Positions 9,037-18,203 of a DNA stretch of 32,000 nucleotides are shown here, piece after piece. The translations under genes and the position numbers were made by a program. The stretch is from positions 1,590,001 through 1,622,000 of the forward strand of contig OW818675.1 of assembly GCA_942493095.1 (NCBI GenBank), in the 5' to 3' direction. How positions within the stretch are numbered: the stretch's first letter is position 1; each line of letters opens with the position of its first letter. Source of the DNA: Candidatus Electronema halotolerans (GTDB lineage: Bacteria > Desulfobacterota > Desulfobulbia > Desulfobulbales > Desulfobulbaceae). Below the pieces are notes generated by a model. It saw nothing but the letters and a program-made list of their open reading frames with translations, had not been told where the DNA came from and made no database searches.

Positions 9037-12000
9037 ATGCGCATTTTTTCGGCAGAGCCGTGCAGCCATCTGAAACTCCGTGATCAGATTGTCTTTTTCG
9101 GAGCCTGCATCATGGCTGCGGTGCTGATTTTTTTATACATCGTCTTTGCCCTGCTCAACAGCCAGCAGGAAAGACACGCGGCCCGGCAGCAGCTCCGGCA
9201 GGGATTTGCCGTGCTGGAGCAGATGCTGGACAGTCAGACGCAGCCTGTGCCAAAGGCAAAAATCACCCAGATGCTGGACAGTCAGACGCAGCCTGTGCCA
9301 AAGGCAAAAATCACCCAGGAGCTGCTCAATGAGGCGGCCCTGCACAGCGGCCTACGCATCGTTGTCATTCTTCCTGACCGCCGCCTGACAACGGGCGGCG
9401 AAATTCCCTGCGCAGTCAGCAGCCTGACTGAGAGGCTGCCCCTGCTGGGAAGCCAGCAGCACTGGCAAGGTCAAGATATTGCTCATCATGATCAGGTCAT
9501 AGTGCAGGGGGCATGGCTGCCCTTGACTGAAGGCGGCAAGGCGGCGGTCCTGCTCGGCGCGGAGCTGCCTGTTTTTCCCGGCAGCCTGCTCAAGAGCGTC
9601 ATGCTGGCAGTGTTCGCCATTTCACTGGCCCTGTTTGTGCCGGTCGCCAATCTTTTTGTCCGCTATGCAGTGGCCGAACCAGTGGCCGAGCTGCTTGTCG
9701 GCATGAACAACATTGAGAGCCAGGACTGGCAGCCCCTGAGCGAATCGTGCCGGACTGCGGATTTCACCGCCTTGGCCAGAGCCTTCAACCGCATGGCCGG
9801 GCTGCTCCGGCAGCACGACCGGCAGGTGAACATTCTTACCGCTGTGGTGGAGCAGAATCCGGCAGCCATTGTCATCACAGACACCAAAGGGCGGATCGGC
9901 TATGCCAATGCGGAGGCCGAGCGGCTGACCGGCTACACGGTTGATGAGCTGATTGGCCGGGAAACCAGCATTTTCCAGTCCGGGCAGACGGACAGGACAA
10001 CCTATCAGCAGCTCTGGCAGACCGTGCAGGCAGGCAAGGTCTGGAAGGGCGAGCTGCTCAACCGGACCAAGGATGGCTCGCTGCGCTGGGAGGCAATAGT
10101 GGCGGCTCCGGTTTTTTCCGGCAGCGAGATCAGGAACTTTGTCGCGGTCAAAGAGGACATCACCGAGCACCGGCAGGCGCAGGAGCTGCTCCGCCGCTAT
10201 GAGCAAATCATCTCGGCCACCGACGATCTGATGGCCTTTGCCGACCGCAATATGGTGTATCAGGCCGTGAACAGCGCCTACGCGCAGGCCTTTCGCAGGC
10301 CCAAGGAAAAAATTGTCAACAGCACAGTGGCCGAGCTGCACGGCCAGGATTTCACCCGCCTGAACATGGGGGAAAAGCTGCGCTCCTGCCTTGCAGGCGA
10401 GGAAATCCATTATCAGGGCTGGTTTGATTTTCCTCCTGCCGGGCGGCGGTATCTGAATGTGTCCTATTATCCTTTTGCAGCTGAGGACGGGGTGATCAGC
10501 GGCATTGTCATGAGTTCGCACGACATCACCTCCCTCAAGCTCCAAGAGGAGCTGCTCCGGGAGAGCGAGCAGCGCTACCGCCAGACCTTTGAAACCAATA
10601 TGGCGGTCAAGCTGATCATTGATCCTGAAGACGGCAGGATTATCGAGGCCAATCAGGCGGCCTGCCACTATTACGGCTATGATCTTCAGGCCTTGGTTGT
10701 AATGCGGATCAGCGAGATCAATCCGCTGCCGGTCGAGGAGCTGCTAAAACAGATGGGACGTGCCTTGACAGCAGAGCAGCTCCATTTTTTCTTCCAGCAC
10801 CGGCTGGCTTCCGGCGAACTGCGCGATGTGGAGGTCTATTCCGGGCCGATCCGCTGCGGCGGTCGAACATTGCTCTACTCTATTATTCATGATATAACTG
10901 AAAGAAGAGAGGCGGAAGAAGCGTTGCGGGAAAGTAATGAGCACTTGGATTTGGCGGTCAAAGGCGCGGGGCTTGGCACGTGGGACTGGAATGTGGTCAG
11001 CGGCGAAGTGGTTTTCAACGAACGCTGGGCGGAAATATCAGGCTGGCGGCTGGAGGAGATCAGGCCTCATGTTGCGACTTGGGAGAATGCGCTCCATCCT
11101 GAAGAAAAAGAGCAGATCATGCGGCAAATGAATGAACATCTGCAAGGCGGCGCGCCGCTCTTCACTGCCGAGCACCGGCTCCGGCATAAATCCGGGGCTT
11201 ATGTCTGGACGTTGAGCGCAGGCCGGGTCTTTCAGCGCGATGCTGACGGCAGGCCGCTACGGGCCGCTGGCATCCTGCTTGACATCAATGCCCGCAAGCA
11301 GGCTGAGGAGCAGCTCCGGGGGGCCAAAGAGCAGGCTGAGGCAGCCAATCAGGCCAAGTCCGCCTTTCTCGCCAGCATGAGCCACGAGCTGCGCACTCCG
11401 CTCAACACGGTGCTGGGCTATGCCCAGCTACTTGCCGATGACAGCAGCTTGAATGAGCGGCAGCTCAAGAACATCACCGCCATTCACAATGCAGGCGAGC
11501 ATCTGCTGATGCTGATCAACGACATTCTTGATCTGTCCCGGATGGAGACCGGCAGGCTGGAGCTGAATCTGCGCGAGTTCCGGCTGCCGCATTTTCTCAG
11601 CAGCATTGCTGAAATTGCCAGAAGCAAGGCCAGAAGCAGAAAAATCAGGTTTAGCTGCGAGCCGGATCCGGCCCTGCCGCAGGTCATTGAGGCGGACGAG
11701 CTGCGGCTGCGCCAGGTCATTCTCAACCTGCTCTCCAATGCGGTCAAATTCACCAGTTCAGGCTGGTGCGCCCTCAACGTCCGCTCTCAGGCAGTGGGCA
11801 GGGATCGGGCGGTGCTCACGGTGAGCGTGGAGGACAGCGGCGCAGGCATCAGCCCGGAACTGCGGCAGAGCATCTTTGAGCCATTCCGGCAGCATGGCGA
11901 CCGTCTGCGCTGCGCCGAAGGCAGCAACGGCCTGAGCTTGGCAGTCAGTCAGACCTTGGTCCGCCTGATGGGCGGCGAGCTGCAGGCGCTCAGTCCTCTG

Positions 12001-12726
12001 CACAGCAATCCGCCGCCGGGCCGGGGCCCGGGCAGCCGCTTTTTCTTCAGCATTGAGGTGCGAGTTCTCAGCGGCGCGGCAGAGGTCACGCCAGGTCTTG
12101 GCAAAGGCAAAACCGTGCTGATCATGGATGACAAGCCTGCCTGCCGGACTGTGCTGCGCAATATTCTCGAAGATGCAGGCTTTCATATTCATGAGCTGGA
12201 AGAGCGGAGCGGGCTGGCCGCAGCCTGCTCCCATGCCAAGCCGGATGCGGTCCTGCTTGATTTTCGCCAGGCGGACCGTGATGGCGAGCCGCTGACCAAG
12301 CAACTCCAGGATGAGCCGGACCTGCGCGCCATCCCGGTCATTGCCCTGGCCACTGCTGAGGACGCGGCCCTGAGCCGGGACAGGGAGCATTTTGCCGCCT
12401 GCGTGATCCGGCCTTTTTCTTCAGCAGACCTACTCGCTGCGGTCAGCACCCAGCTTGCGGCTGCCGCGCCGCCGCCGGAGGAGGAGGCATGGACTGAAAG
12501 CATCCCGGAACATGCCTGGCCAGTACCGGAGAAGCTGGCTGAACTGGCCCGGCTGGCCCGCACCGGCGACATTGCCGGACTTGGGCGGCAATGCGCCTGG
12601 CTGGCTGAGGCTGAAGAGGGCAGATGTCAAGCCTTTGCCGCCCGGCTGGAAGAGCTTGTTGACAATTTTCAGCTCAAACTGATCCTCAGTCTGGTCCAAC
12701 AGGATTCACCCTGCAAACCTTCATGA
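9037..12726 (+). CDS. hybrid sensor histidine kinase (2 TM + HAMP + multiple PAS + HisKA + HATPase + receiver-like domain + helical C-terminal tail)
   Basis: 1229 aa. The H-box is SHELRTPLN and the ATPase G-boxes are present (EDSGAGISPE, GLSLAVS). Several PAS modules are recognisable (for example GRIGYANAEAERLTGY, DITERREAEEAL). The receiver has MDD and LLD motifs, but Arg replaces the conserved Lys (VIRPF). An alternative start at ATG 9112 (GGAG 8 nt upstream) would shorten the first TM helix, so 9037 is preferred. Confidence 0.85.
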   Translation: MRIFSAEPCSHLKLRDQIVFFGACIMAAVLIFLYIVFALLNSQQERHAARQQLRQGFAVLEQMLDSQTQPVPKAKITQMLDSQTQPVPKAKITQELLNEAALHSGLRIVVILPDRRLTTGGEIPCAVSSLTERLPLLGSQQHWQGQDIAHHDQVIVQGAWLPLTEGGKAAVLLGAELPVFPGSLLKSVMLAVFAISLALFVPVANLFVRYAVAEPVAELLVGMNNIESQDWQPLSESCRTADFTALARAFNRMAGLLRQHDRQVNILTAVVEQNPAAIVITDTKGRIGYANAEAERLTGYTVDELIGRETSIFQSGQTDRTTYQQLWQTVQAGKVWKGELLNRTKDGSLRWEAIVAAPVFSGSEIRNFVAVKEDITEHRQAQELLRRYEQIISATDDLMAFADRNMVYQAVNSAYAQAFRRPKEKIVNSTVAELHGQDFTRLNMGEKLRSCLAGEEIHYQGWFDFPPAGRRYLNVSYYPFAAEDGVISGIVMSSHDITSLKLQEELLRESEQRYRQTFETNMAVKLIIDPEDGRIIEANQAACHYYGYDLQALVVMRISEINPLPVEELLKQMGRALTAEQLHFFFQHRLASGELRDVEVYSGPIRCGGRTLLYSIIHDITERREAEEALRESNEHLDLAVKGAGLGTWDWNVVSGEVVFNERWAEISGWRLEEIRPHVATWENALHPEEKEQIMRQMNEHLQGGAPLFTAEHRLRHKSGAYVWTLSAGRVFQRDADGRPLRAAGILLDINARKQAEEQLRGAKEQAEAANQAKSAFLASMSHELRTPLNTVLGYAQLLADDSSLNERQLKNITAIHNAGEHLLMLINDILDLSRMETGRLELNLREFRLPHFLSSIAEIARSKARSRKIRFSCEPDPALPQVIEADELRLRQVILNLLSNAVKFTSSGWCALNVRSQAVGRDRAVLTVSVEDSGAGISPELRQSIFEPFRQHGDRLRCAEGSNGLSLAVSQTLVRLMGGELQALSPLHSNPPPGRGPGSRFFFSIEVRVLSGAAEVTPGLGKGKTVLIMDDKPACRTVLRNILEDAGFHIHELEERSGLAAACSHAKPDAVLLDFRQADRDGEPLTKQLQDEPDLRAIPVIALATAEDAALSRDREHFAACVIRPFSSADLLAAVSTQLAAAAPPPEEEAWTESIPEHAWPVPEKLAELARLARTGDIAGLGRQCAWLAEAEEGRCQAFAARLEELVDNFQLKLILSLVQQDSPCKPS
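9223..9318 (+). repeat. perfect 2 x 48 bp in-frame tandem duplication inside the kinase sensor region
   Basis: Segments 9223-9270 and 9271-9318 are identical by eye. Each encodes MLDSQTQPVPKAKITQ. Confidence 0.9.
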
Positions 12727-15011
12727 ATGCCCGTGCGAACAAAATCATTCTGATTGTCGATGATCAGCCTGCCAGTCTGAGAATCCTGCTTTCCTTTCTC
12801 CAAGACCGGCATTTTGAACTGCGGGTGCTCCAGAGCGGCAGGCAGGCTCTGGAAGTGGTGCAGGAGATAGAGCCGGACATCATTCTCTTAGATGTGCTGA
12901 TGCCGGACATGGACGGGCTGGAGACCTGCCGCAGGCTCAAGAAGGACAAGGGAATGGCTGATATTCCGGTCATCTTCATGACCGCCTTGAACAGTGTTGA
13001 GGACAAGATCGCCGGCTTCAAGGCGGGCGGAGTTGACTACATCACCAAACCGTTTCAGCAGGCTGAAGTGCTGGCCCGGATCAGCACCCATCTCAGCCTC
13101 AAGGAAACCCGCGAACGGCTGCGGCATCAGAACAGCATGCTCGAATCGCTGCTGAATTCGATTCAGGACCCGATTTATTTTAAAAACATGCAGAACCATT
13201 ATCTGGGCTGCAACCGGGCCTTTGAGAAATTTGCAGGCAAAACAGAGCAGGAGCTGCTGGGCAGCATGGATGAGACCGTGCTGCCGCCGGAAATGGCCGC
13301 CTCGTTTCACAGCTCAGATCAGGAGATGCTGGGGGCCTGCACGGCGGCCCGCACTGAAGAGACTGTGGTCTGTCCAGATGGCAGGACGGCAATTTTTGAT
13401 GTCCTGAAAACTCCGTATATTGGCCCGGACGGCAATCTGCTGGGGCTGATCGGCATCTGCCGCAATATCACGGAACTGAAGCAGGCCGAGCAGCAGGCGG
13501 CGGAAGAGCGGGAGCGGCTCCGGGTCACGCTGCATTCGATTGGTGACGGCGTGATTGCCACCGATGTCTGCGGCAGGATCACCAGCCTCAACAACGTTGC
13601 TGAACAGCTCACTGGCTGGTCCAATGAGCAGGCAATCGGCCTGCCTTCTGCTGCTGTTTTTAAAATTATTGATGAAAAAACTGAGGAACCCTGCGCTGAT
13701 CCTGTGCGGCGGGCTTTGGCGCTCGGCAGGATGACAGATTTGGAGAACGGCTCCGCACTCATCCGCCAGGATGGCAGCCATCTGAGCATTGCCGACAGCT
13801 GCGCCCCGATCCGCAGCCGGGAAGGTCGAATCATTGGCACGGTGATTGTCTTTCGTGACGCAACGTATGAAAAAGAGCGAATCAAAGAGCTGATCAAAAT
13901 TAAAAAATTAGAGTCCGTCAGCCTGCTGGCGCGGGGGATTGCCCATGATTTCAACAATATCCTTTCCGCCATCCTCGGCAACATTGAACTGGCCTCTGAA
14001 GCAGTCACTTCTGATCCGCAGACCGAAATGCTTCTTGCCAGCGCCCAGAAGGCGGCGGAGCGGGCCGCCAAGCTGACCAAGCAGCTCATGATCTTTGCCA
14101 AAGGCGGCGAACCGGTCAAAGAGGCGGTCGCCCTGCCGGAGCTGATCCGGGATTCAGCTGATTTCATCCTGCATGGCTCGCAAGTGGTCTGTGACTATGA
14201 TTTTGCCGAGGATCTTTGGCTGATCAATGCGGACAGCAGTCAGATCACGCAGGTGATTCAAAACATCATCATCAATGCCAAACAGGCCATGCCCAAGGGC
14301 GGCGGCATCAGGATCAGCTGCCAAAATGCGGAAGTCGGCACTGCCGAGCCGCAGTCCGGCCTGCGCAAGGGCCGCTTTGTCCGCATCTCAATTGCTGACA
14401 GCGGCCCCGGCATTCCCCCGGAGATCATCAGCAAAATTTTTGATCTCCATTTCACCACCAAACAGGATGGCAACGGCCTTGGTCTGGCCATCTGCCAGCT
14501 CGTGACCCAGAAACATGAAGGGAGCATCACAGTGCAGTCAGAGCCTGGCAACGGCTCAGTCTTCACCGTGATGCTGCCTGCGGCTCAAAGCGGCAGTTCA
14601 GTCCAGTCCCGGCCAGCAGAGCCGAAAGAAGAACGACAGATGGCCCGAATTATTGTCATGGATGACGACCAGATGCTGCGCGACTTGGCTAAGGCCCAGC
14701 TGCGCTCTCTTGGTCATGAGGCGGTTCTGGCCGCAGACGGAGCCGAGGCGGTCAGCTTGTACCGGGAACTGCGCGAAAGCGGCAGCCCTGCGGACTTGGT
14801 GATCATGGATCTGACCGTGCCCGGCGGCATGGGCGGTCAGGAGGCGGCCCGGCAGATTCTTGCGCTTGACGCGGAGGCCAAGCTGATTGTGGCCAGCGGC
14901 TACTCAGACGATCCAGTCTTGTCTGAGTATAAAAAATACGGTTTCCAAGCCGCAGTGGCCAAGCCGTTCAGTTTGGCTGAGTTGCGCCAGGCCCTTGCCG
15001 CTGTTCTGTAG
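12723..15011 (+). CDS. hybrid response regulator / PAS sensor histidine kinase (REC-PAS-PAS-HisKA-HATPase-REC)
   Basis: 762 aa. The ATG overlaps the upstream stop (ATGA at 12723-12726). The N-terminal receiver has DDQP, LLDVLMPDMDG and TKPF. The H-box is IAHDFNNIL and the ATPase motifs are DSGPGIPPE and GLGLAI. The C-terminal receiver has MDDD, IMDLTVPGGMGG and AKPF. Confidence 0.9.
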   Translation: MNARANKIILIVDDQPASLRILLSFLQDRHFELRVLQSGRQALEVVQEIEPDIILLDVLMPDMDGLETCRRLKKDKGMADIPVIFMTALNSVEDKIAGFKAGGVDYITKPFQQAEVLARISTHLSLKETRERLRHQNSMLESLLNSIQDPIYFKNMQNHYLGCNRAFEKFAGKTEQELLGSMDETVLPPEMAASFHSSDQEMLGACTAARTEETVVCPDGRTAIFDVLKTPYIGPDGNLLGLIGICRNITELKQAEQQAAEERERLRVTLHSIGDGVIATDVCGRITSLNNVAEQLTGWSNEQAIGLPSAAVFKIIDEKTEEPCADPVRRALALGRMTDLENGSALIRQDGSHLSIADSCAPIRSREGRIIGTVIVFRDATYEKERIKELIKIKKLESVSLLARGIAHDFNNILSAILGNIELASEAVTSDPQTEMLLASAQKAAERAAKLTKQLMIFAKGGEPVKEAVALPELIRDSADFILHGSQVVCDYDFAEDLWLINADSSQITQVIQNIIINAKQAMPKGGGIRISCQNAEVGTAEPQSGLRKGRFVRISIADSGPGIPPEIISKIFDLHFTTKQDGNGLGLAICQLVTQKHEGSITVQSEPGNGSVFTVMLPAAQSGSSVQSRPAEPKEERQMARIIVMDDDQMLRDLAKAQLRSLGHEAVLAADGAEAVSLYRELRESGSPADLVIMDLTVPGGMGGQEAARQILALDAEAKLIVASGYSDDPVLSEYKKYGFQAAVAKPFSLAELRQALAAVL

Positions 15012-15993
15012 TCAGGCCGCCCGGCATGGCCCCTGCCGCTGCTTGATGGAGCAGCTCATCCAGCCGTCCCGGCGCGGCCATAAACCTCTGGCCCAGTCCG
15101 CACTGACTCATGATCTCGCAAAATTTGAGGAACTCCTCCATCAGCCGGGTGGTCATCTTGTCCTGATGCTGGATGATGGAAATCTGCCGCCGCATGTTGA
15201 TGCCGCTGACCGGCAGGCTTTTCAGCCAGCCATGCTCGGTCTCCCGGCAGATGGTCAATTCAGACAGGCAGGCCGCGCCCACGCCCGCTTCCACAGCTTT
15301 TTTGATCGCCTCTGTATGGCCCATCCGGGTGACAATGTTGAGCAGGGCGGCATGACTGCCGAGCCGGCTCTTGAAGGTCTCTGCCGTGCCTGAGCCTTCT
15401 TCGCGCAGAACCCAGGCTGTTTCCGCCAAGTCATCAGGAATGCGAAACTTGTCCTCGGCGGCCAGCGGATGGGACGCGCTGACCACAATCCGCAGCTCGT
15501 CCTCAAACCACGGCGTGCATCGCACCCCCTCAGCAGTCACCTCGCCTTCGACAAAGCCCAAGTCCATCACCCCCTGCGCCACCAGCCGCTCGGCCCGCCG
15601 AGTGTTGGCCACCATCATGTTGATCCGCACTTCCGGGTGCAGCCGCATGAACAGGCCGACCGGATAGGGCAGGACATAGTTGCCGATGGAGGAGCTGGCA
15701 ATGATCTCCAGCGAGCCAGCCACAGAATCTTTCTTTTCTGTGAGCATGGACTCAATATTGCGGATTTGAAAGATGATCCTTTTGGCCAAGGGCAGCAGAT
15801 AGCGGCCCCGGTCATTGAGAAGAAGACTGCGGCCATGCCGGTCAAAAAGCGGGCCGCCAAGCTGATTTTCCAATTCAGCCAAGGCCATGCTGACCGCTGA
15901 CTGGGTCAGGAAGAGCTTCCGGCTGGCTTTGGTGACTTGAGCGGTTTCCGCCACAGCAATAAAAATTTCAAACTGTCTGAGAGTGACAGCCAT
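14968..15993 (-). CDS. LysR family transcriptional regulator (YeiE-like)
   Basis: 341 aa with ATG at 15991-15993 and AAGGAG 7 nt upstream. The N-terminal wHTH is LRQFEIFIAVAETAQVTKASRKLFLTQSAVSMALAELENQLGGPLFDR. A roughly 40-aa C-terminal tail extends beyond typical LysR length and overlaps the convergent kinase gene by 44 bp. Confidence 0.88.
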   Translation of the reverse strand: MAVTLRQFEIFIAVAETAQVTKASRKLFLTQSAVSMALAELENQLGGPLFDRHGRSLLLNDRGRYLLPLAKRIIFQIRNIESMLTEKKDSVAGSLEIIASSSIGNYVLPYPVGLFMRLHPEVRINMMVANTRRAERLVAQGVMDLGFVEGEVTAEGVRCTPWFEDELRIVVSASHPLAAEDKFRIPDDLAETAWVLREEGSGTAETFKSRLGSHAALLNIVTRMGHTEAIKKAVEAGVGAACLSELTICRETEHGWLKSLPVSGINMRRQISIIQHQDKMTTRLMEEFLKFCEIMSQCGLGQRFMAAPGRLDELLHQAAAGAMPGGLTTEQRQGPGATQPN

Positions 15994-16145
15994 AGTTGCG
16001 CTCCTTGGCGCGGCGGAAGACAGGCCGCCAAGGCCGGAAATTTATGAGCAAAATGGGGACAGATTTACGCAGTTGCCTCAACCTGATGCCTCGCTGCCAG
16101 TCCTGCGGATCAGCTCTCTGGAATGGTGATTATTACTGACCAGTC

Positions 16146-16174
16146 AGTTTAAGCAACGCATCTGCGCTTGTCAA
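16146..16174 (-). promoter_or_regulatory. sigma-70-type promoter candidate for the LysR gene
   Basis: On the minus strand: TTGACA (16169-16174), a 17-nt spacer, then TAAACT (16146-16151). An inverted repeat ACTGAC-nn-GTCAGT (16135-16148) overlaps the -10/+1 region. Confidence 0.35.
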
Positions 16175-16212
16175 CTGGGAATATCCAGCAGCACAACGTG
16201 GATGCGGCGCGG

Positions 16213-17817
16213 TCAGCCTGCATTCTTCTCCAGCACTGTGTCCCTGCCGCAGCGCGCATCATCCTTGTCCGGGAAATCGGTGATGAAGTGCAGGCCCCGC
16301 GACTCCTGCCGCAGGGATGCGCTGCGGATGATCAGCTCGGCAATCAGGACAATGTTGCGCAGCTCCACCAAGTCCGGCGTGAGCAGGTAGTCGTGGAAAT
16401 GCTCCTTGGTTTCGGTGAGGATGGGCTGGAGCCGCCGGGCTGCGAGCTGGAGCCGCTTCTGCGTCCGCACAATGCCGACATAATTCCACATCAGCTGCCG
16501 CACCTGATCCCAGTTGTGGCTGATCAGCACGTTTTCCTCAATCGAGCGGGCATAGCCAGTCCGCCATGCCTGCACCTTGGGCAGAGACTGCGCTTGCAGC
16601 TCCAGCCAGCGTTCTTGCACCCAATGCGCGGCCCGATGGGCAAAGACCACGGCCTCCAGCAGCGAGTTGCTGGCCAGCCGGTTTGCGCCGTGCAGGCCTG
16701 TGCAGGCTGTCTCGCCCAAGGCCAAGAGATTGCTGACTGAACTGCATCCCCATTCGTCAACCCGCACCCCGCCGCACATGTAATGGGCTGCAGGCACCAC
16801 TGGAATCGGCTGGCTGCTGATGTCCACGCCGTATTGCAGACAGGTGCCGTAAATGTTGGGAAAACGCTGCTCAAGAAAGTCGCGGCCCTTGTGGGTGATG
16901 TCGAGATAGACGCAGTCTGCGCCGCTCTTCTTCATCTCCGCATCAATGCCCCGCGCCACGGCATCCCGTGTGGCCAAGTCGCCCCGGCGGTCATACTGCT
17001 GCATGAAGGCTGCGCCCTCCTGATTGATCAGAATGCCGCCCTCGCCGCGCACTGCTTCGGAGATGAGAAAATTCTTGGCCTCCCGGTTGAAAAAGCAGGT
17101 GGGATGGAACTGAACAAACTCCAGATTCGCCACCTGCGCCCCAGCCCGCCAAGCCATGACCACGCCGTCGCCAGTGGCAATGTCCGGGTTGGTGGTGTAG
17201 CGATAGACCTTGCCACAACCGCCGCTGCATAGTACGGTGACTTTGGCCCGCCACGTTGTCACCTCGCCCGTGCTCCGGCTGAGAACATAAGCCCCCAAGC
17301 AGCGGTCGTTGCCTTCTTTCCGGCCCGTGACTTTGGACTCGATCAGCAGGTCAATGGCCATCAGGTCTTCCAAGACCTCAATCTGGGGATGGGCATGAAC
17401 CTGAGCCAGCAAAGCGGTTTCGATCTCCCGGCCTGTCAGGTCTTTGGCATGAGCGACCCGCCGGGCTGAATGGCCGCCCTCCATGCCGAGATCAAATTCC
17501 TCGCCATGCTGACCTTGCTGAAAATGCACCCCAAGCGCGGTCAGCTCGCGCACCCGCTCCGGGCCTTCCTCGACCACCATGCGGACGATATCCTCGTGGC
17601 AGAGGCCGTCCCCGGAAGTCAAGGTGTCATGAACATGATCCTCCAGCCGGTCTTCTCTGGACAGCACCGCCGCCACTCCGCCTTGGGCCAAGTTGGTGGC
17701 AGTGTCGGCCCGCTTTTTTTTGGTGATCAGAGCGACACGGGCAAAGGGGGCAACTTTGAGGGCAAAGGACAGACCGGCCACGCCGCTGCCGATGATGAGG
17801 ATGTCTGTGGAGTGCAT
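16213..17817 (-). CDS. nadB: L-aspartate oxidase
   Basis: The FAD-binding N-terminus MHSTDILIIGSGVAGLSFALKVA starts at ATG 17815-17817, with AGGAAA upstream. The remainder is typical NadB (HSARRVAHAKDLTGREI, GEGGILIN, LYAIGE-like LLALGETACTGLHGANRLASNSLLE). The ORF-track start at 18252 adds about 145 non-homologous residues and is rejected. Confidence 0.9.
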   Translation of the reverse strand: MHSTDILIIGSGVAGLSFALKVAPFARVALITKKKRADTATNLAQGGVAAVLSREDRLEDHVHDTLTSGDGLCHEDIVRMVVEEGPERVRELTALGVHFQQGQHGEEFDLGMEGGHSARRVAHAKDLTGREIETALLAQVHAHPQIEVLEDLMAIDLLIESKVTGRKEGNDRCLGAYVLSRSTGEVTTWRAKVTVLCSGGCGKVYRYTTNPDIATGDGVVMAWRAGAQVANLEFVQFHPTCFFNREAKNFLISEAVRGEGGILINQEGAAFMQQYDRRGDLATRDAVARGIDAEMKKSGADCVYLDITHKGRDFLEQRFPNIYGTCLQYGVDISSQPIPVVPAAHYMCGGVRVDEWGCSSVSNLLALGETACTGLHGANRLASNSLLEAVVFAHRAAHWVQERWLELQAQSLPKVQAWRTGYARSIEENVLISHNWDQVRQLMWNYVGIVRTQKRLQLAARRLQPILTETKEHFHDYLLTPDLVELRNIVLIAELIIRSASLRQESRGLHFITDFPDKDDARCGRDTVLEKNAG

Positions 17818-17941
17818 GGTCTTTATTTCCTGCTGAGATGAATGAAGGCTGCCCCGCACTTTACTCCGCCTGCGTCGGAATTGCATGAAGAAAAACCACT
17901 GCCTTGGGCATCGCCCGGCACTGGAAAATGCTGGAAAAGGC

Positions 17942-17970
17942 TTGACAGCAGGGGCGGCAGTTTTTATACC
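17942..17970 (+). promoter_or_regulatory. sigma-70-type promoter candidate for the CXXC-peptide / 4Fe-4S / SH3 operon
   Basis: TTGACA (17942-17947), a 17-nt spacer, then TATACC (17965-17970), about 80 bp upstream of the 18049 ATG. Confidence 0.4.
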
Positions 17971-18048
17971 AGTAGGGCGTGTTGCCTGTTCGGACAAAAC
18001 AGCAGCAGCGGTCAGAGCAACTATGAACTGCGCCAAGGAGAGCCTGTC

Positions 18049-18198
18049 ATGCGGAAAAAAATCAAACTGCGCCGGATGCCCTTTATTCTGCTGGTCTTTT
18101 TTCTCCTGCTCTGGGTGGTTGGCGTGACCTTGAACGAGCCAAGCCGGGTGCTGGAGCAGGCCAAAACCATCTGCCTGAGCTGCATTGGCATAGGATAA
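18049..18198 (+). CDS. small (49 aa) single-pass membrane protein with C-terminal CXXC motif
   Basis: It is hidden inside the longer ORF 17842-18198. ATG at 18049 has AAGGAG 8 nt upstream. The sequence MRKKIKLRRMPFILLVFFLLLWVVGVTLNEPSRVLEQAKTICLSCIGIG has a basic N-terminus, one TM helix and a CLSC motif. The stop is 5 nt before the next gene. It resembles the small CXXC peptides I recall paired with this type of 4Fe-4S protein (CD1871A-like), which I could not verify. Confidence 0.6.
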   Translation: MRKKIKLRRMPFILLVFFLLLWVVGVTLNEPSRVLEQAKTICLSCIGIG

Positions 18199-18203
18199 AT
18201 AGT

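Noticed and set aside
9622-10668. 348-aa ORF on the minus strand (also 11758-12390, 13319-14167, 24811-25698, 30163-31434 and similar)
   Set aside because: All lie antisense inside strongly supported genes (kinases, GT39, RodA/PBP2). They have skewed composition and no motifs, and are treated as GC-driven shadow ORFs.
17916-17934. Sigma-54-like element CGGCACTGGAAAATGCT upstream of the CXXC operon
   Set aside because: The GG and GC dinucleotides are 11 nt apart rather than the strictly conserved 10, and the -12 region is ATGC rather than TTGC. I found no other canonical TGGCAC-N5-TTGC in any intergenic region.
17842-18048. Upstream two-thirds of the 118-aa plus-strand ORF
   Set aside because: Only the last 49 codons have an SD, a TM helix and the CXXC motif. 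The upstream part contains the promoter candidate and has no coding features.
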